Shown here: piece after piece, positions 1 to 8,110 of the stretch
Layout: each line of letters opens with the position of its first letter
Position numbering within the stretch: the stretch's first letter is position 1
NCBI GenBank assembly: GCA_004213885.1
Contig: SGYL01000002.1
Span: 61,603-85,602, forward strand
Source: Alphaproteobacteria bacterium
GTDB lineage: Bacteria > Pseudomonadota > Alphaproteobacteria > Puniceispirillales > Marisalimonadaceae
Direction of reading: 5' to 3'
Length of the DNA: 24,000 nt
Program-made: the position numbers and the translations under genes
Notes under the pieces: generated by a model
The model's input: the letters and a program-made list of their open reading frames with translations, nothing else
Databases searched by the model: none
Told to the model about the DNA's origin: nothing

Positions 1-1
1 C

Positions 2-520
2 ATTAAATTAAAAGATTACTGTTTAAACTTGAATCCAAATTTAAAAATTAACTCTATTGTTGATAGTTTTAATAACAAATTTCCTGTAGATAATTATGAT
101 ATTATTCTTGATTGCTCGGACAACATTAAGACTAAATATACTGCTAATATATTAGCTCATGAATATAATAAAACTTTAATAACAGCTTCAGCAGCTCAGT
201 TTGAAGGACAGTTAGCAGTATTCAAAAGTGGAAAGTTTAAAAATTTACCGTGTTATGAATGTATTTTTCCACAAGATCAACATCAACAAACTAATTTAAA
301 TTGTAGAGAAATTGGAATAATTGGTCCTGTTACAAATTTAATTTCAAGTCTTCAAGTAACAGAAACCATTAGAGAATTATTAATTGGAAAATCTTTTAAG
401 AAAGATCAATCATTCACAAAAAACACCTTAGCTGGTAATTTATTATTATATGATAGTATTAAACAAGAAATTACTAAAATTAAGATAAAAAAAAATTTAA
501 ATTGTAATATTTGTAAATGA
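2..520 (+). CDS. ThiF/MoeB/HesA-family adenylyltransferase (E1-like), C-terminal part; the 5' end lies outside the window
   Basis: The frame is open from base 2 (IKLKDYCLNLNPN...), upstream of the tracked ORF at 29. The segment DIILDCSDNIKTKYTANILAHEYNKTLITASAAQFEGQLAVF is typical of ThiF/MoeB. Two CxxC pairs (CYEC and CNIC) match the Zn-binding cysteines of this family. MoeB and ThiF cannot be told apart from a partial sequence. Confidence 0.75.
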   Translation: MKLKDYCLNLNPNLKINSIVDSFNNKFPVDNYDIILDCSDNIKTKYTANILAHEYNKTLITASAAQFEGQLAVFKSGKFKNLPCYECIFPQDQHQQTNLNCREIGIIGPVTNLISSLQVTETIRELLIGKSFKKDQSFTKNTLAGNLLLYDSIKQEITKIKIKKNLNCNICK

Positions 521-999
521 ATTTTTATTTAAAACTTTTTTTTCTATTACTGTTTAGTAGTCTTTTTTATTTACCAAAAATAGTTTTAGCTGAAAAAATT
601 CCTAAACTTGTGTCAATAAAAACTTCAAAAGCTAACCTAAGATTTGGGCCTGGTAAAAATTATCCTGTAAAATTAGTTTTTATAAAAAAAAAAATACCAT
701 TAGTTATTATTGACCAATTTGATCATTGGAGAAAAGTATTAACAACTAAAAATCTGACTGGATGGATTCATAAATCACAATTAACTATGAAACATAGAAG
801 TATAATATTAAAACCAGATTACTTAAGAAAGAAACCTGAGCTATCATCTAAAAAGATTGCCTTTTTAGATAAAAATGTAAATGTTTCAATTCTTAAATGT
901 AAAGTTTATTGGTGTAAAATAAATTTAAAAAGTAGGAAATTTTCAGGTTGGTATATAAAAAAGTATCTATGGGGCTCAAATTATATTATAATCAATTAA
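517..999 (+). CDS. Secreted bacterial SH3-like (SH3b/DUF1058-type) domain protein
   Basis: N-terminal hydrophobic signal-like segment (LFFLLLFSSLFYLPKIVLA/EK). The block ANLRFGPGKNYPVKLVFIKKKIPLVIIDQFDHWRKV...GWIHKSQL, and a second W-containing repeat (VYWCKINL...GWYIKKYLWG), resemble alphaproteobacterial SH3b repeats. Its ATG overlaps the upstream stop (ATGA at 517-520). Confidence 0.6.
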   Translation: MNFYLKLFFLLLFSSLFYLPKIVLAEKIPKLVSIKTSKANLRFGPGKNYPVKLVFIKKKIPLVIIDQFDHWRKVLTTKNLTGWIHKSQLTMKHRSIILKPDYLRKKPELSSKKIAFLDKNVNVSILKCKVYWCKINLKSRKFSGWYIKKYLWGSNYIIIN

Positions 1000-1015
1000 A
1001 TTAAACAGTTACAAT

Positions 1016-1021
1016 GAAGGA
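1016..1021 (+). promoter_or_regulatory. Shine-Dalgarno-like GAAGGA, 6 nt upstream of the TTG start of fabA
   Basis: GAAGGA is seen directly in the sequence. The TTG start at 1028 gives an N-terminus that aligns by eye end to end with E. coli FabA, which supports this start and RBS pairing. Confidence 0.5.
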
Positions 1022-1027
1022 ATAATT

Positions 1028-1543
1028 TTGTCATTACTTAAAAATAAATTCAATTACGAAGAATTAATTGCATGTGCAAAAGGAAAACTTGCTGGAATTG
1101 ATTTTCCTAGATTACCACTGCCACCCATGCTTATGTTTGATAAGATTGTTAATATATCAGAAGAAGGAGGAAATTATAATAAAGGTTTAGCTCATGCTGA
1201 ATATAATATTACTCCTGATAAATGGTTTTTTGAATGTCACTTTGAAAACGACCCCGTTATGCCAGGTTGTTTAGGCATGGATGGGTTGTGGCAATTACTT
1301 GGGTTTTGTCTAGGCATTATGGGTGGTAGAGGAAAAGGTAGGGCATTATCTGTAGGAAATGTGAAGTTTTCTGGTCAGATTTTACCTATAGCTAAAAAAG
1401 TTGAATATCTATTAGATTTTAAGAAAATAATTAATAGAAAGCTTATGCTTGGCATAGCAGACGGAAAAGTTTTATGTGATAAACAAATAGTTTTTGAAGC
1501 CTTTGATATAAGGGTTGGTCTTTTTCAAGATGAAAAAACATAA
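1028..1543 (+). CDS. fabA: 3-hydroxydecanoyl-ACP dehydratase / trans-2-decenoyl-ACP isomerase FabA
   Basis: Near full-length similarity to FabA, including WFFECHFENDPVMPGCLGMDGLWQLLGF (active-site His and Asp context), GKGRALSVGNVKFSGQILP and VGLFQD near the C-terminus. Uses a TTG start. Confidence 0.95.
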   Translation: MSLLKNKFNYEELIACAKGKLAGIDFPRLPLPPMLMFDKIVNISEEGGNYNKGLAHAEYNITPDKWFFECHFENDPVMPGCLGMDGLWQLLGFCLGIMGGRGKGRALSVGNVKFSGQILPIAKKVEYLLDFKKIINRKLMLGIADGKVLCDKQIVFEAFDIRVGLFQDEKT

Positions 1544-1555
1544 TTAGGGATATAA

Positions 1556-2791
1556 ATGGTTGAACAAAGAAGAGTAGTTGTTACCGGCATTGGAATAGTT
1601 AGTCCAATTGGTAATAATCAAAAAGAAGTCAAAGACTCTTTATTTTATAATAAATCTGGAATTAGCTTTAGCAAAGACTATGCTGATCTAGGTTTTAGAA
1701 GCCATATTCATGGAGAGATTAATATAAATTTTGAGGACTTTTTAGACAAAAAAGACCTCAGATTTATGGGTGATGGCGCTGCTTACACAGCAATTGCTAT
1801 GAAAGAAGCAATTCAAGATGCAAATCTCACTAATGATTTAATATCAAATCCTTTAACTGGTTTAATTGCGGGTGCAGGTGGGCCAAGTACAATTAACTTA
1901 TTAAAATCATTTGATATAACACGAGATAAAGGTCCAAAAAGAGTAGGGCCATTTATGGTGCCAAAGTGTATGAGTTCAAGTATTTCTGCTTGTCTTTCAA
2001 CAATGTTTAAAATAAAAGGTCTTAATTATTCAATAACTTCTGCATGCTCAACATCTGCACACTGCATTGGTGTGGGAGTTGATAATATAAAATATGGTAA
2101 TCAAAATATTGTTTTTGCAGGTGGAGGAGAAGAACTAGATTGGACATTATCTGTCCTATTTGATTCGATGGGAGCATTATCTAGCAAGTATAACGAAACT
2201 CCTCAAAAAGCATCTAGACCATATGATGCTAACAGAGATGGTTTTGTTATTGCGGGTGGTGGTGGAATTGTAGTACTTGAAGAATATGAACATGCAAAGA
2301 AAAGGGGCGCTAAAATTTATGGAGAAATATTAGGTCACTTCGCAAACTCAGATGGACATGACATGGTAGCACCTAGTGGAGAAGGTGCCGTTAGATGTAT
2401 GGCAAATGCATTAAAAAATACTGACTTAACAATTGATTATATCAATGCACACGGTACAAGTACACCTGTTGGCGATGTTCAAGAGATAAAAGCAATAAAA
2501 GAAGTTTTTTCAAGAAAAGGTTATTTACCTAAGATAACAAGTACAAAGTCATTAACAGGTCATTCATTAGGGGCTACCGGTGTTCATGAGGCTATATATA
2601 CTTTAATAATGATGAATTATAATTTTATATCTGGTTCCTCTAATATAGAAACCCCTGATCCTATAATTGAAAATATAGATATTCCTAGAGAAACTATTAA
2701 AAATACAAATATTAATACAGCATTATCTAATTCATTTGGTTTTGGAGGTACAAATGCAACTCTAATATTTTCAAAGGTTTCACAAAATTAA
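1556..2791 (+). CDS. fabB: 3-oxoacyl-ACP synthase I (KAS I) FabB
   Basis: Cys-His-His condensing-enzyme triad contexts are present: [22 protein letters not shown] and [11 protein letters not shown]. The C-terminal [15 protein letters not shown] is also present. The position directly after fabA is as in the fabA-fabB unsaturated fatty-acid pathway. AGGGA lies 5 nt upstream of the ATG. Confidence 0.9.
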   Translation: MVEQRRVVVTGIGIVSPIGNNQKEVKDSLFYNKSGISFSKDYADLGFRSHIHGEININFEDFLDKKDLRFMGDGAAYTAIAMKEAIQDANLTNDLISNPLTGLIAGAGGPSTINLLKSFDITRDKGPKRVGPFMVPKCMSSSISACLSTMFKIKGLNYSITSACSTSAHCIGVGVDNIKYGNQNIVFAGGGEELDWTLSVLFDSMGALSSKYNETPQKASRPYDANRDGFVIAGGGGIVVLEEYEHAKKRGAKIYGEILGHFANSDGHDMVAPSGEGAVRCMANALKNTDLTIDYINAHGTSTPVGDVQEIKAIKEVFSRKGYLPKITSTKSLTGHSLGATGVHEAIYTLIMMNYNFISGSSNIETPDPIIENIDIPRETIKNTNINTALSNSFGFGGTNATLIFSKVSQN

Positions 2792-2794
2792 TAT

Positions 2795-3598
2795 ATGAAC
2801 TTAATGGAAGGAAAAATCGGATTAATAATGGGTGTTGCTAATGAAAGATCCATAGCATGGGGAATAGCAAACCAACTTTTTTTAAACAAAGCAAATATTG
2901 TTTTAACCTACCAAAATGATAGTTTAAAAAAAAGAATTGAACCCTTATCAGAAAAAATAAAATGTAAAAATTTATATAAATGTGATGTTTCATTAGACCC
3001 TGAAGATGAATACTCTATTGAAAATTTAATTAAAAATATAAATAAAGATGTTGGAAATTTAGATTTTGTTGTCCATGCCTTGGCATATTCTGACAAAGAG
3101 GAACTCAAAGGCAAATATGTAGAAACTTCAAGACAAAATTTTTTAAGCACACTTGACATCTCTACATATAGTTTTACTAGAATTTCAAAGTCTGCTTCAA
3201 AAATTATGAGTAATGGAGGATCTTTATTAACGCTTACTTATGTAGGATCCAACAAAACTACTCCAAATTATAACGTTATGGGTGTGGCAAAAGCAGCACT
3301 GGAAACATCAGTTAAATATCTATCCGTAGATTTAGGAAAAAATAACATTAGAGTGAATGCAATTTCAGCTGGACCTATGAAAACAATTGCTGGTGCAGCA
3401 ATATCTGGAGCAAGACACGTTTACAGATATTCTGAAAAAATTGCTCCTTTACAAAAAAATCCAGATCTTGAACAAGTTGGAAATGCTGCTTTGTATCTTT
3501 TATCAGACATATCGAGTGGAGTTACTGGGCTAACTCATTATGTAGATGGAGGTTTAAAAGTTGTAGGAATTCCAGATCAAAATATGGTCAGTATTTAA
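2795..3598 (+). CDS. fabI: Enoyl-ACP reductase (NADH) FabI
   Basis: N-terminal GKIGLIMGVANERSIAWGIA nucleotide-binding segment. The Tyr-x6-Lys catalytic motif sits in YNVMGVAKAALE. ISAGPMKT and the SDISSGVTG...HYVDGG tail are typical of FabI. Confidence 0.92.
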   Translation: MNLMEGKIGLIMGVANERSIAWGIANQLFLNKANIVLTYQNDSLKKRIEPLSEKIKCKNLYKCDVSLDPEDEYSIENLIKNINKDVGNLDFVVHALAYSDKEELKGKYVETSRQNFLSTLDISTYSFTRISKSASKIMSNGGSLLTLTYVGSNKTTPNYNVMGVAKAALETSVKYLSVDLGKNNIRVNAISAGPMKTIAGAAISGARHVYRYSEKIAPLQKNPDLEQVGNAALYLLSDISSGVTGLTHYVDGGLKVVGIPDQNMVSI

Positions 3599-4393
3599 TT
3601 ATTTATTTTTCCAATTAGGTTTTCTTTTTTCTGAAAATGCTTCCATTCCTTCTTTATGATCTTCTAATGAAAAAGTTGACATAAAAATAGCTCTTTCTGC
3701 TCTTAAGCCTTCATTTAAAGTTGTTTCATAACTCACATTTACAGTTTCTTTAGCTAATCTTGCTAACGCTGTAGACTTACTTGCTACTTTATGTGCAACT
3801 TTTAAAACTTCTTCATTGAAATTTTCTGTACTAAATACTTTAGCTACTAAGCCACATTTTTCAGCTTCGTTCGCATCTATCATGTCTCCAGTTAGGATGG
3901 CATACATAGCTTTTGATTTACCTATGAACCTTGGCATTCTTTGACTTCCACCAGCTCCTGGTATTGCGCCTACATTAATTTCTGGTTGTCCAAACTTTGC
4001 ATCATCAGAGGCTAATATAAAATCACAAGCCATTGCAAGCTCACAACCTCCACCTAGAGCAAATCCTTGAACAGCAGCTATTAATGGTTTTTGAATATAT
4101 GAAAAATAAGACCAATTTTTTTCAATATATCTAGTTTTAGAAATTTCGGCAAAGGAAAGTGGTAACATTTCTTTTAAGTCTGCACCTGCTGCAAAAGCCT
4201 TATTAGAACCTGTCAAAACAATACAATTTATATCTTCATCTTCATCGAATTTTTTACATGAAAGATAAATAGCCTCTACAAAGCCTGCAGAGAGAGGATT
4301 CAAAGAATTTTCATGATTTAAGGTAACTAACCCAACTTTATCAATTTTTTCTGATTTTACCCAATCAAACTTCACTTCATAATTTTTTTTCAT
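3599..4393 (-). CDS. Enoyl-CoA hydratase (crotonase family, short-chain ECH/Crt-like)
   Basis: Carries [10 protein letters not shown] and [42 protein letters not shown], with both catalytic Glu positions (CELA and QPE). Its ATG overlaps the pnp stop (ATGA at 4390-4393). Confidence 0.88.
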   Translation of the reverse strand: MKKNYEVKFDWVKSEKIDKVGLVTLNHENSLNPLSAGFVEAIYLSCKKFDEDEDINCIVLTGSNKAFAAGADLKEMLPLSFAEISKTRYIEKNWSYFSYIQKPLIAAVQGFALGGGCELAMACDFILASDDAKFGQPEINVGAIPGAGGSQRMPRFIGKSKAMYAILTGDMIDANEAEKCGLVAKVFSTENFNEEVLKVAHKVASKSTALARLAKETVNVSYETTLNEGLRAERAIFMSTFSLEDHKEGMEAFSEKRKPNWKNK

Positions 4394-6483
4394 TGCAAGC
4401 TCTCACCTGTTTCTTGATCAACTCTTTTCATTGATAATTTTACTTTTCCTCTATCATCAAAACCTATTACCACAACCTTTACTTCATCACCTTCTTTGCA
4501 TACGTCGGTAGTTTTATTTGTTCTTTCTTCTTGCAGTTCGGAAATATGAACTAATCCATCCTTTGAACCCAAAAAGTTGACAAAAGCTCCAAAATCAACT
4601 GTCTTTACAACTTTTCCATTATATATTACACCCTTTTCAGGTTCAACTATTATATCATTAATTCTCTCCAAAGCAATAGCAAGACTTTCATCATTTGGTG
4701 ATGCTATTTTTAATACCCCATTATCATCAATATCTATCTTTGAAGAAGAAGATTCGCATATGTCCTTAATAACTTTTCCGGATGGTCCTATAATCTCTTT
4801 GATTTTATCAACTTTAATTTTAAGAATCTTTATTTTAGGAGCATTTTCAGCTAAGGTTGTTCTTGGTTTTGAGATTGCTTTTTTCATCTCTTTAAGAATA
4901 TGTTTTCTTCCATCTAAAGCCTGATCAAGCGCAACTTTCATTATTTTACTAGTTATAGATGTGATTTTAATATCCATTTGTAAACTTGTAATACCTTCAT
5001 CTGTTCCAGCAACCTTAAAGTCCATATCACCTAAATGGTCCTCATCTCCTAAAATGTCTGAAAGTACTACAAAATCTTTATCTTCCTTAATTAAACCCAT
5101 GGCTATTCCAGCTACTGGTTTTTTTAATGGGACACCAGCATCCATTAATGCCAATGAAGTACCACAAACTGTAGCCATAGAAGAAGATCCATTTGACTCA
5201 GTAATGTCAGAAACTACTCTCATTGTATACGGGAACTCTTCGGCTGAAGGTAGTAAAGGATTGATAGCTCTCCAAGCAAGTTTACCATGACCAATTTCTC
5301 TTCTTCCAGGAGAACCAGTTCTTCCAACCTCACCTACAGAAAAAGGAGGAAAATTATAATGTAACATAAATTGTTCTTTATAATCTCCATCTAATCCATC
5401 AATTATTTGAGAATCCTGGGAAGAACCCAGTGTTGTAACAACAAGTGCTTGAGTTTCTCCTCTAGTAAATAAAGAAGATCCATGTGTTCTTGGAAGTGTT
5501 CCAACTTCTGCAACAATCTTTCTAACAGTTTTATTATCTCTTCCATCAATTCTTTTTTTTGTTTTTAAAATAGAAGTTCTTACAATATCGGCTTCTACTT
5601 TTTTAAATACATCAGAGAATAAGTTTAGGTTTATTTCATCACCATAATCTTTTTTTATCTTTTCTTTAATATTATCTAACTCATTATATCTTAAAGATTT
5701 TTCTTGAATTTGATACGCTTTTTCAATTTCTTTCTTAAACCCTTTAACTAATTTAAGATAATCTTTTTCTTCTGGGATATCTTCATCAATTGATATTGGT
5801 TCTTTTGCAGCAACTTCAGCTAATTCAATAATACCTTTAATCACATTCTTTAATTCTTTGTGCCCAAAATCAACGGCACCAAGCATAATTTTTTCATTTA
5901 ATTCACTTGCCTCTGATTCAACCATTAATACGCCATCATTAGTTCCAGCAACTACTAAATCAAGTAAACCTTTATTTTCCTTATTGATCTTTGGATTTAA
6001 TATATAATTTTTCCCATCCCAACCAACTCTGCATGCTCCAATAGGCCCCATAAATGGCAGACCAGATAAGGTTAATGCCGCAGATGCTGCGATAATTGCT
6101 ACTATATCAGGATCATTTATAAAATCATACTCAAGAACTGTTGCAATAATTTGTGTCTCACGTTTGAAATTTTTGTGAAACAATGGTCTTATTGGTCTAT
6201 CAATTAACCTTGAAGTTAATGTTTCTTTTTCAGATGGACGACCTTCTCTCTTAAAAAAACCTCCTGGTATCTTACCTGCTGAAAAAGCTTTTTCTTGATA
6301 ATTAACTGTAAGAGGGAAAAAATCAACATCAGAATTTTTTTTTGCAGCCGTTGCTGTACATAAAACTGTTGTACCACCGTAAGTTACAAGTACGGCACCA
6401 TCAGCTTGCCGTGCAACTTTTCCAGTTTCAAAAGTTAATTTTTCACCACCAAATTTGACTTCTTTTCGATAAACTTCAAACAT
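4390..6483 (-). CDS. pnp: Polyribonucleotide nucleotidyltransferase (PNPase)
   Basis: 697 aa with a two-RNase-PH-domain signature ([22 protein letters not shown]; [14 protein letters not shown]; [13 protein letters not shown]), then KH ([12 protein letters not shown]) and S1 ([17 protein letters not shown]...GLVHISE) domains. Confidence 0.97.
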   Translation of the reverse strand: MFEVYRKEVKFGGEKLTFETGKVARQADGAVLVTYGGTTVLCTATAAKKNSDVDFFPLTVNYQEKAFSAGKIPGGFFKREGRPSEKETLTSRLIDRPIRPLFHKNFKRETQIIATVLEYDFINDPDIVAIIAASAALTLSGLPFMGPIGACRVGWDGKNYILNPKINKENKGLLDLVVAGTNDGVLMVESEASELNEKIMLGAVDFGHKELKNVIKGIIELAEVAAKEPISIDEDIPEEKDYLKLVKGFKKEIEKAYQIQEKSLRYNELDNIKEKIKKDYGDEINLNLFSDVFKKVEADIVRTSILKTKKRIDGRDNKTVRKIVAEVGTLPRTHGSSLFTRGETQALVVTTLGSSQDSQIIDGLDGDYKEQFMLHYNFPPFSVGEVGRTGSPGRREIGHGKLAWRAINPLLPSAEEFPYTMRVVSDITESNGSSSMATVCGTSLALMDAGVPLKKPVAGIAMGLIKEDKDFVVLSDILGDEDHLGDMDFKVAGTDEGITSLQMDIKITSITSKIMKVALDQALDGRKHILKEMKKAISKPRTTLAENAPKIKILKIKVDKIKEIIGPSGKVIKDICESSSSKIDIDDNGVLKIASPNDESLAIALERINDIIVEPEKGVIYNGKVVKTVDFGAFVNFLGSKDGLVHISELQEERTNKTTDVCKEGDEVKVVVIGFDDRGKVKLSMKRVDQETGESLQ

Positions 6484-6505
6484 ATCTCTACCTATTTTTT
6501 GATTG

Positions 6506-6538
6506 AATTAGATTACTTTATAAGATTAAATTAGATTA
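6506..6538. repeat. 10-bp direct repeat AATTAGATTA x2 (6506-6515 and 6529-6538) in the rpsO-pnp spacer
   Basis: Read directly from the sequence. The two identical copies have starts 23 bp apart. The second copy abuts the rpsO stop codon. Confidence 0.6.
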
Positions 6539-6808
6539 TTACCTTCTTAATCCAAGTGATTTAATTAAATCACTATATTTAGTTTCACTTTTGCTTTTTA
6601 TATAAGAAAGTAAATTTCGTCTTTTACCAACCATGCTTAATAATCCACGTCTAGATATGAAATCCTTATGGTGCTCTTTCAAGTGCTCTGTAAGTGATTT
6701 AATTTTTTCAGATAAAATAGCAACTTGAACATAAGCTGATCCTGTATCCTTTTCATTTATCTTAAATTCTTTAATTAATTTTGATTTTTTATCTTTTGTG
6801 ATCGACAT
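6539..6808 (-). CDS. rpsO: 30S ribosomal protein S15
   Basis: 89 aa. GSAYVQVAILSEKIKSLTEHLKEHHKDFISRRGLLSMVGKRRNLLSYI matches the S15 consensus (H-KD-hS-RGLL..V..RR.LL.Y). Confidence 0.97.
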   Translation of the reverse strand: MSITKDKKSKLIKEFKINEKDTGSAYVQVAILSEKIKSLTEHLKEHHKDFISRRGLLSMVGKRRNLLSYIKSKSETKYSDLIKSLGLRR

Positions 6809-6819
6809 ACTTCCCTCTT

Positions 6820-7737
6820 TTACAAATTAAAAACTCTAGTTGGTTTAACAAAATTATTCTCTATTTTAAAAAAACATATAAGTCTATTTTCATTTTTACA
6901 TATCATCAAACTATCATTACTTTTAAATAATAAAAATTTTTTATTCTCATCATCTTTATTTAATTCATCTAAACAAATTTTCTGCCCATTTCTTATGGCA
7001 ATTTCTTGCTTTTTTGTAAGATTTATAAAAGGTAAACTTTCTAAAACTTTATCCATAGGCAAAATGTTTTTCAAAATTGCTGAACTATGTATTAATTTTT
7101 CTGATAAATCCAGTAAAATCGCACATTTAGTTGAAAAATTTCCAATATGCGTTCGTCTTAATTGATATAAATGACCAAAACAATTCATCACCTCACCCAA
7201 ATCTCTTCCTAATGCTCTAATATAAGTCCCTTTTGAACAAACGCATTCAAAAGAACAATGATCTTTATCGATATATTTATGAATTTTTAAAGATTCAATA
7301 AAAACAGTTCTCGCATCTAATAAAAAATCTTCATTATTTCTTGCTAACATGTAAGCTCTTTTACCATTTACTTTTATGGCCGAAAATTTTGGAGGTATTT
7401 GTTTAATTTCACCTATAAATTTTTTTATATTCTTATGTATATTTTTGTTACTGGGCCTAACTCTAGTTGTTGAAATTATAGAACCCAGTTTATCGTCAGT
7501 AGATGTTTTTTCTCCCCACTTTACACTAAACTCATAGCGTTTTTTAAGTTGTTGAATTACTGCAATACTCTTAGTTGCCTCTCCAATGGCTATAGGCAAT
7601 AAGCCTGAAGCCATTGGATCTAAAGTTCCCGCATGACCAACTTTTTTTATGGAAAGAGAATTTGAGATTAAATTAACTACTTTTCTTGAAGATATTCCTT
7701 CTGGTTTATCAACAAACAGCCAACCATTAATTCTCAT
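6820..7737 (-). CDS. truB: tRNA pseudouridine(55) synthase TruB
   Basis: GWLFVDKPEGISS and KVGHAGTLDPMASGLLPIAIGEATK (catalytic Asp motif), plus PPKFSAIKVNGKRAY and GTYIRALGRDLG. Confidence 0.95.
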   Translation of the reverse strand: MRINGWLFVDKPEGISSRKVVNLISNSLSIKKVGHAGTLDPMASGLLPIAIGEATKSIAVIQQLKKRYEFSVKWGEKTSTDDKLGSIISTTRVRPSNKNIHKNIKKFIGEIKQIPPKFSAIKVNGKRAYMLARNNEDFLLDARTVFIESLKIHKYIDKDHCSFECVCSKGTYIRALGRDLGEVMNCFGHLYQLRRTHIGNFSTKCAILLDLSEKLIHSSAILKNILPMDKVLESLPFINLTKKQEIAIRNGQKICLDELNKDDENKKFLLFKSNDSLMICKNENRLICFFKIENNFVKPTRVFNL

Positions 7738-7740
7738 TAC

Positions 7741-8103
7741 TTACCTATTAATGGTTTCAAGTATATTATTAATTTTGTCTGAATATTCAAAAGAATTATC
7801 AAAAAAGAATTTTAATTTTGGAGTAAATTTTGAAGTCAAATTTAATGCTATTTTCTTTTGTATCAACTTAGACTTGTTATTTAATTCATTAATAAGCAAC
7901 TTATTTGTATCAAAAGAATTTGTTATCACAAATATTTTTGCAATTTTTAGGTCAGGACTTAAAACAACATCGACAACCGTCAAATTCTTACTATCAAAAT
8001 TCTCAAAAACAAAGTCTTCTTTAATAAAAAAATTTGAAATCAAAAATCTTATTTGTTGCCCAATTTTTAATTGTCTATTAGAAGGTTGTTTTTTTTCATT
8101 CAT
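7741..8103 (-). CDS. rbfA: Ribosome-binding factor A
   Basis: 120 aa. Has LTVVDVVLSPDLKIAKIFV and FTPKLKFFFDNS, matching RbfA consensus blocks (V.vS.DL..AkVy; P.L.F..D.S). It sits in the canonical position between infB and truB. Confidence 0.88.
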   Translation of the reverse strand: MNEKKQPSNRQLKIGQQIRFLISNFFIKEDFVFENFDSKNLTVVDVVLSPDLKIAKIFVITNSFDTNKLLINELNNKSKLIQKKIALNLTSKFTPKLKFFFDNSFEYSDKINNILETINR

Positions 8104-8110
8104 AAGTTAA

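Noticed and set aside
1014-1025. Three-codon mini-ORF ATG-AAG-GAA-TAA just upstream of fabA
   Set aside because: It is too short to evaluate. The same bases are more simply explained as the GAAGGA Shine-Dalgarno for the fabA TTG start.
3599-4393. Crotonase-fold gene next to the fab cluster as a FabM-like trans-2/cis-3-decenoyl-ACP isomerase
   Set aside because: fabA and fabB already supply the isomerase route. The protein keeps both catalytic Glu of true hydratases. It is on the opposite strand and coupled to pnp, not to the fab genes.
4577-5290. 115-aa and 109-aa plus-strand ORFs inside pnp
   Set aside because: Both are antisense to PNPase, with no motifs. The same reasoning applies to the other tracked ORFs at 2908-3159(-), 10137-10325(+), 13535-13741(+), 17521-17709(+), 19762-19968(+), 21000-21248(+), 22313-22507(-) and 23570-23854(+).
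7649-8110. 153-aa plus-strand ORF covering rbfA and the truB 5' end
   Set aside because: It is fully antisense to two genes with clear family motifs. Its translation is low-complexity (L/I/F/S/K-rich) with no recognisable domain. It is a shadow ORF.
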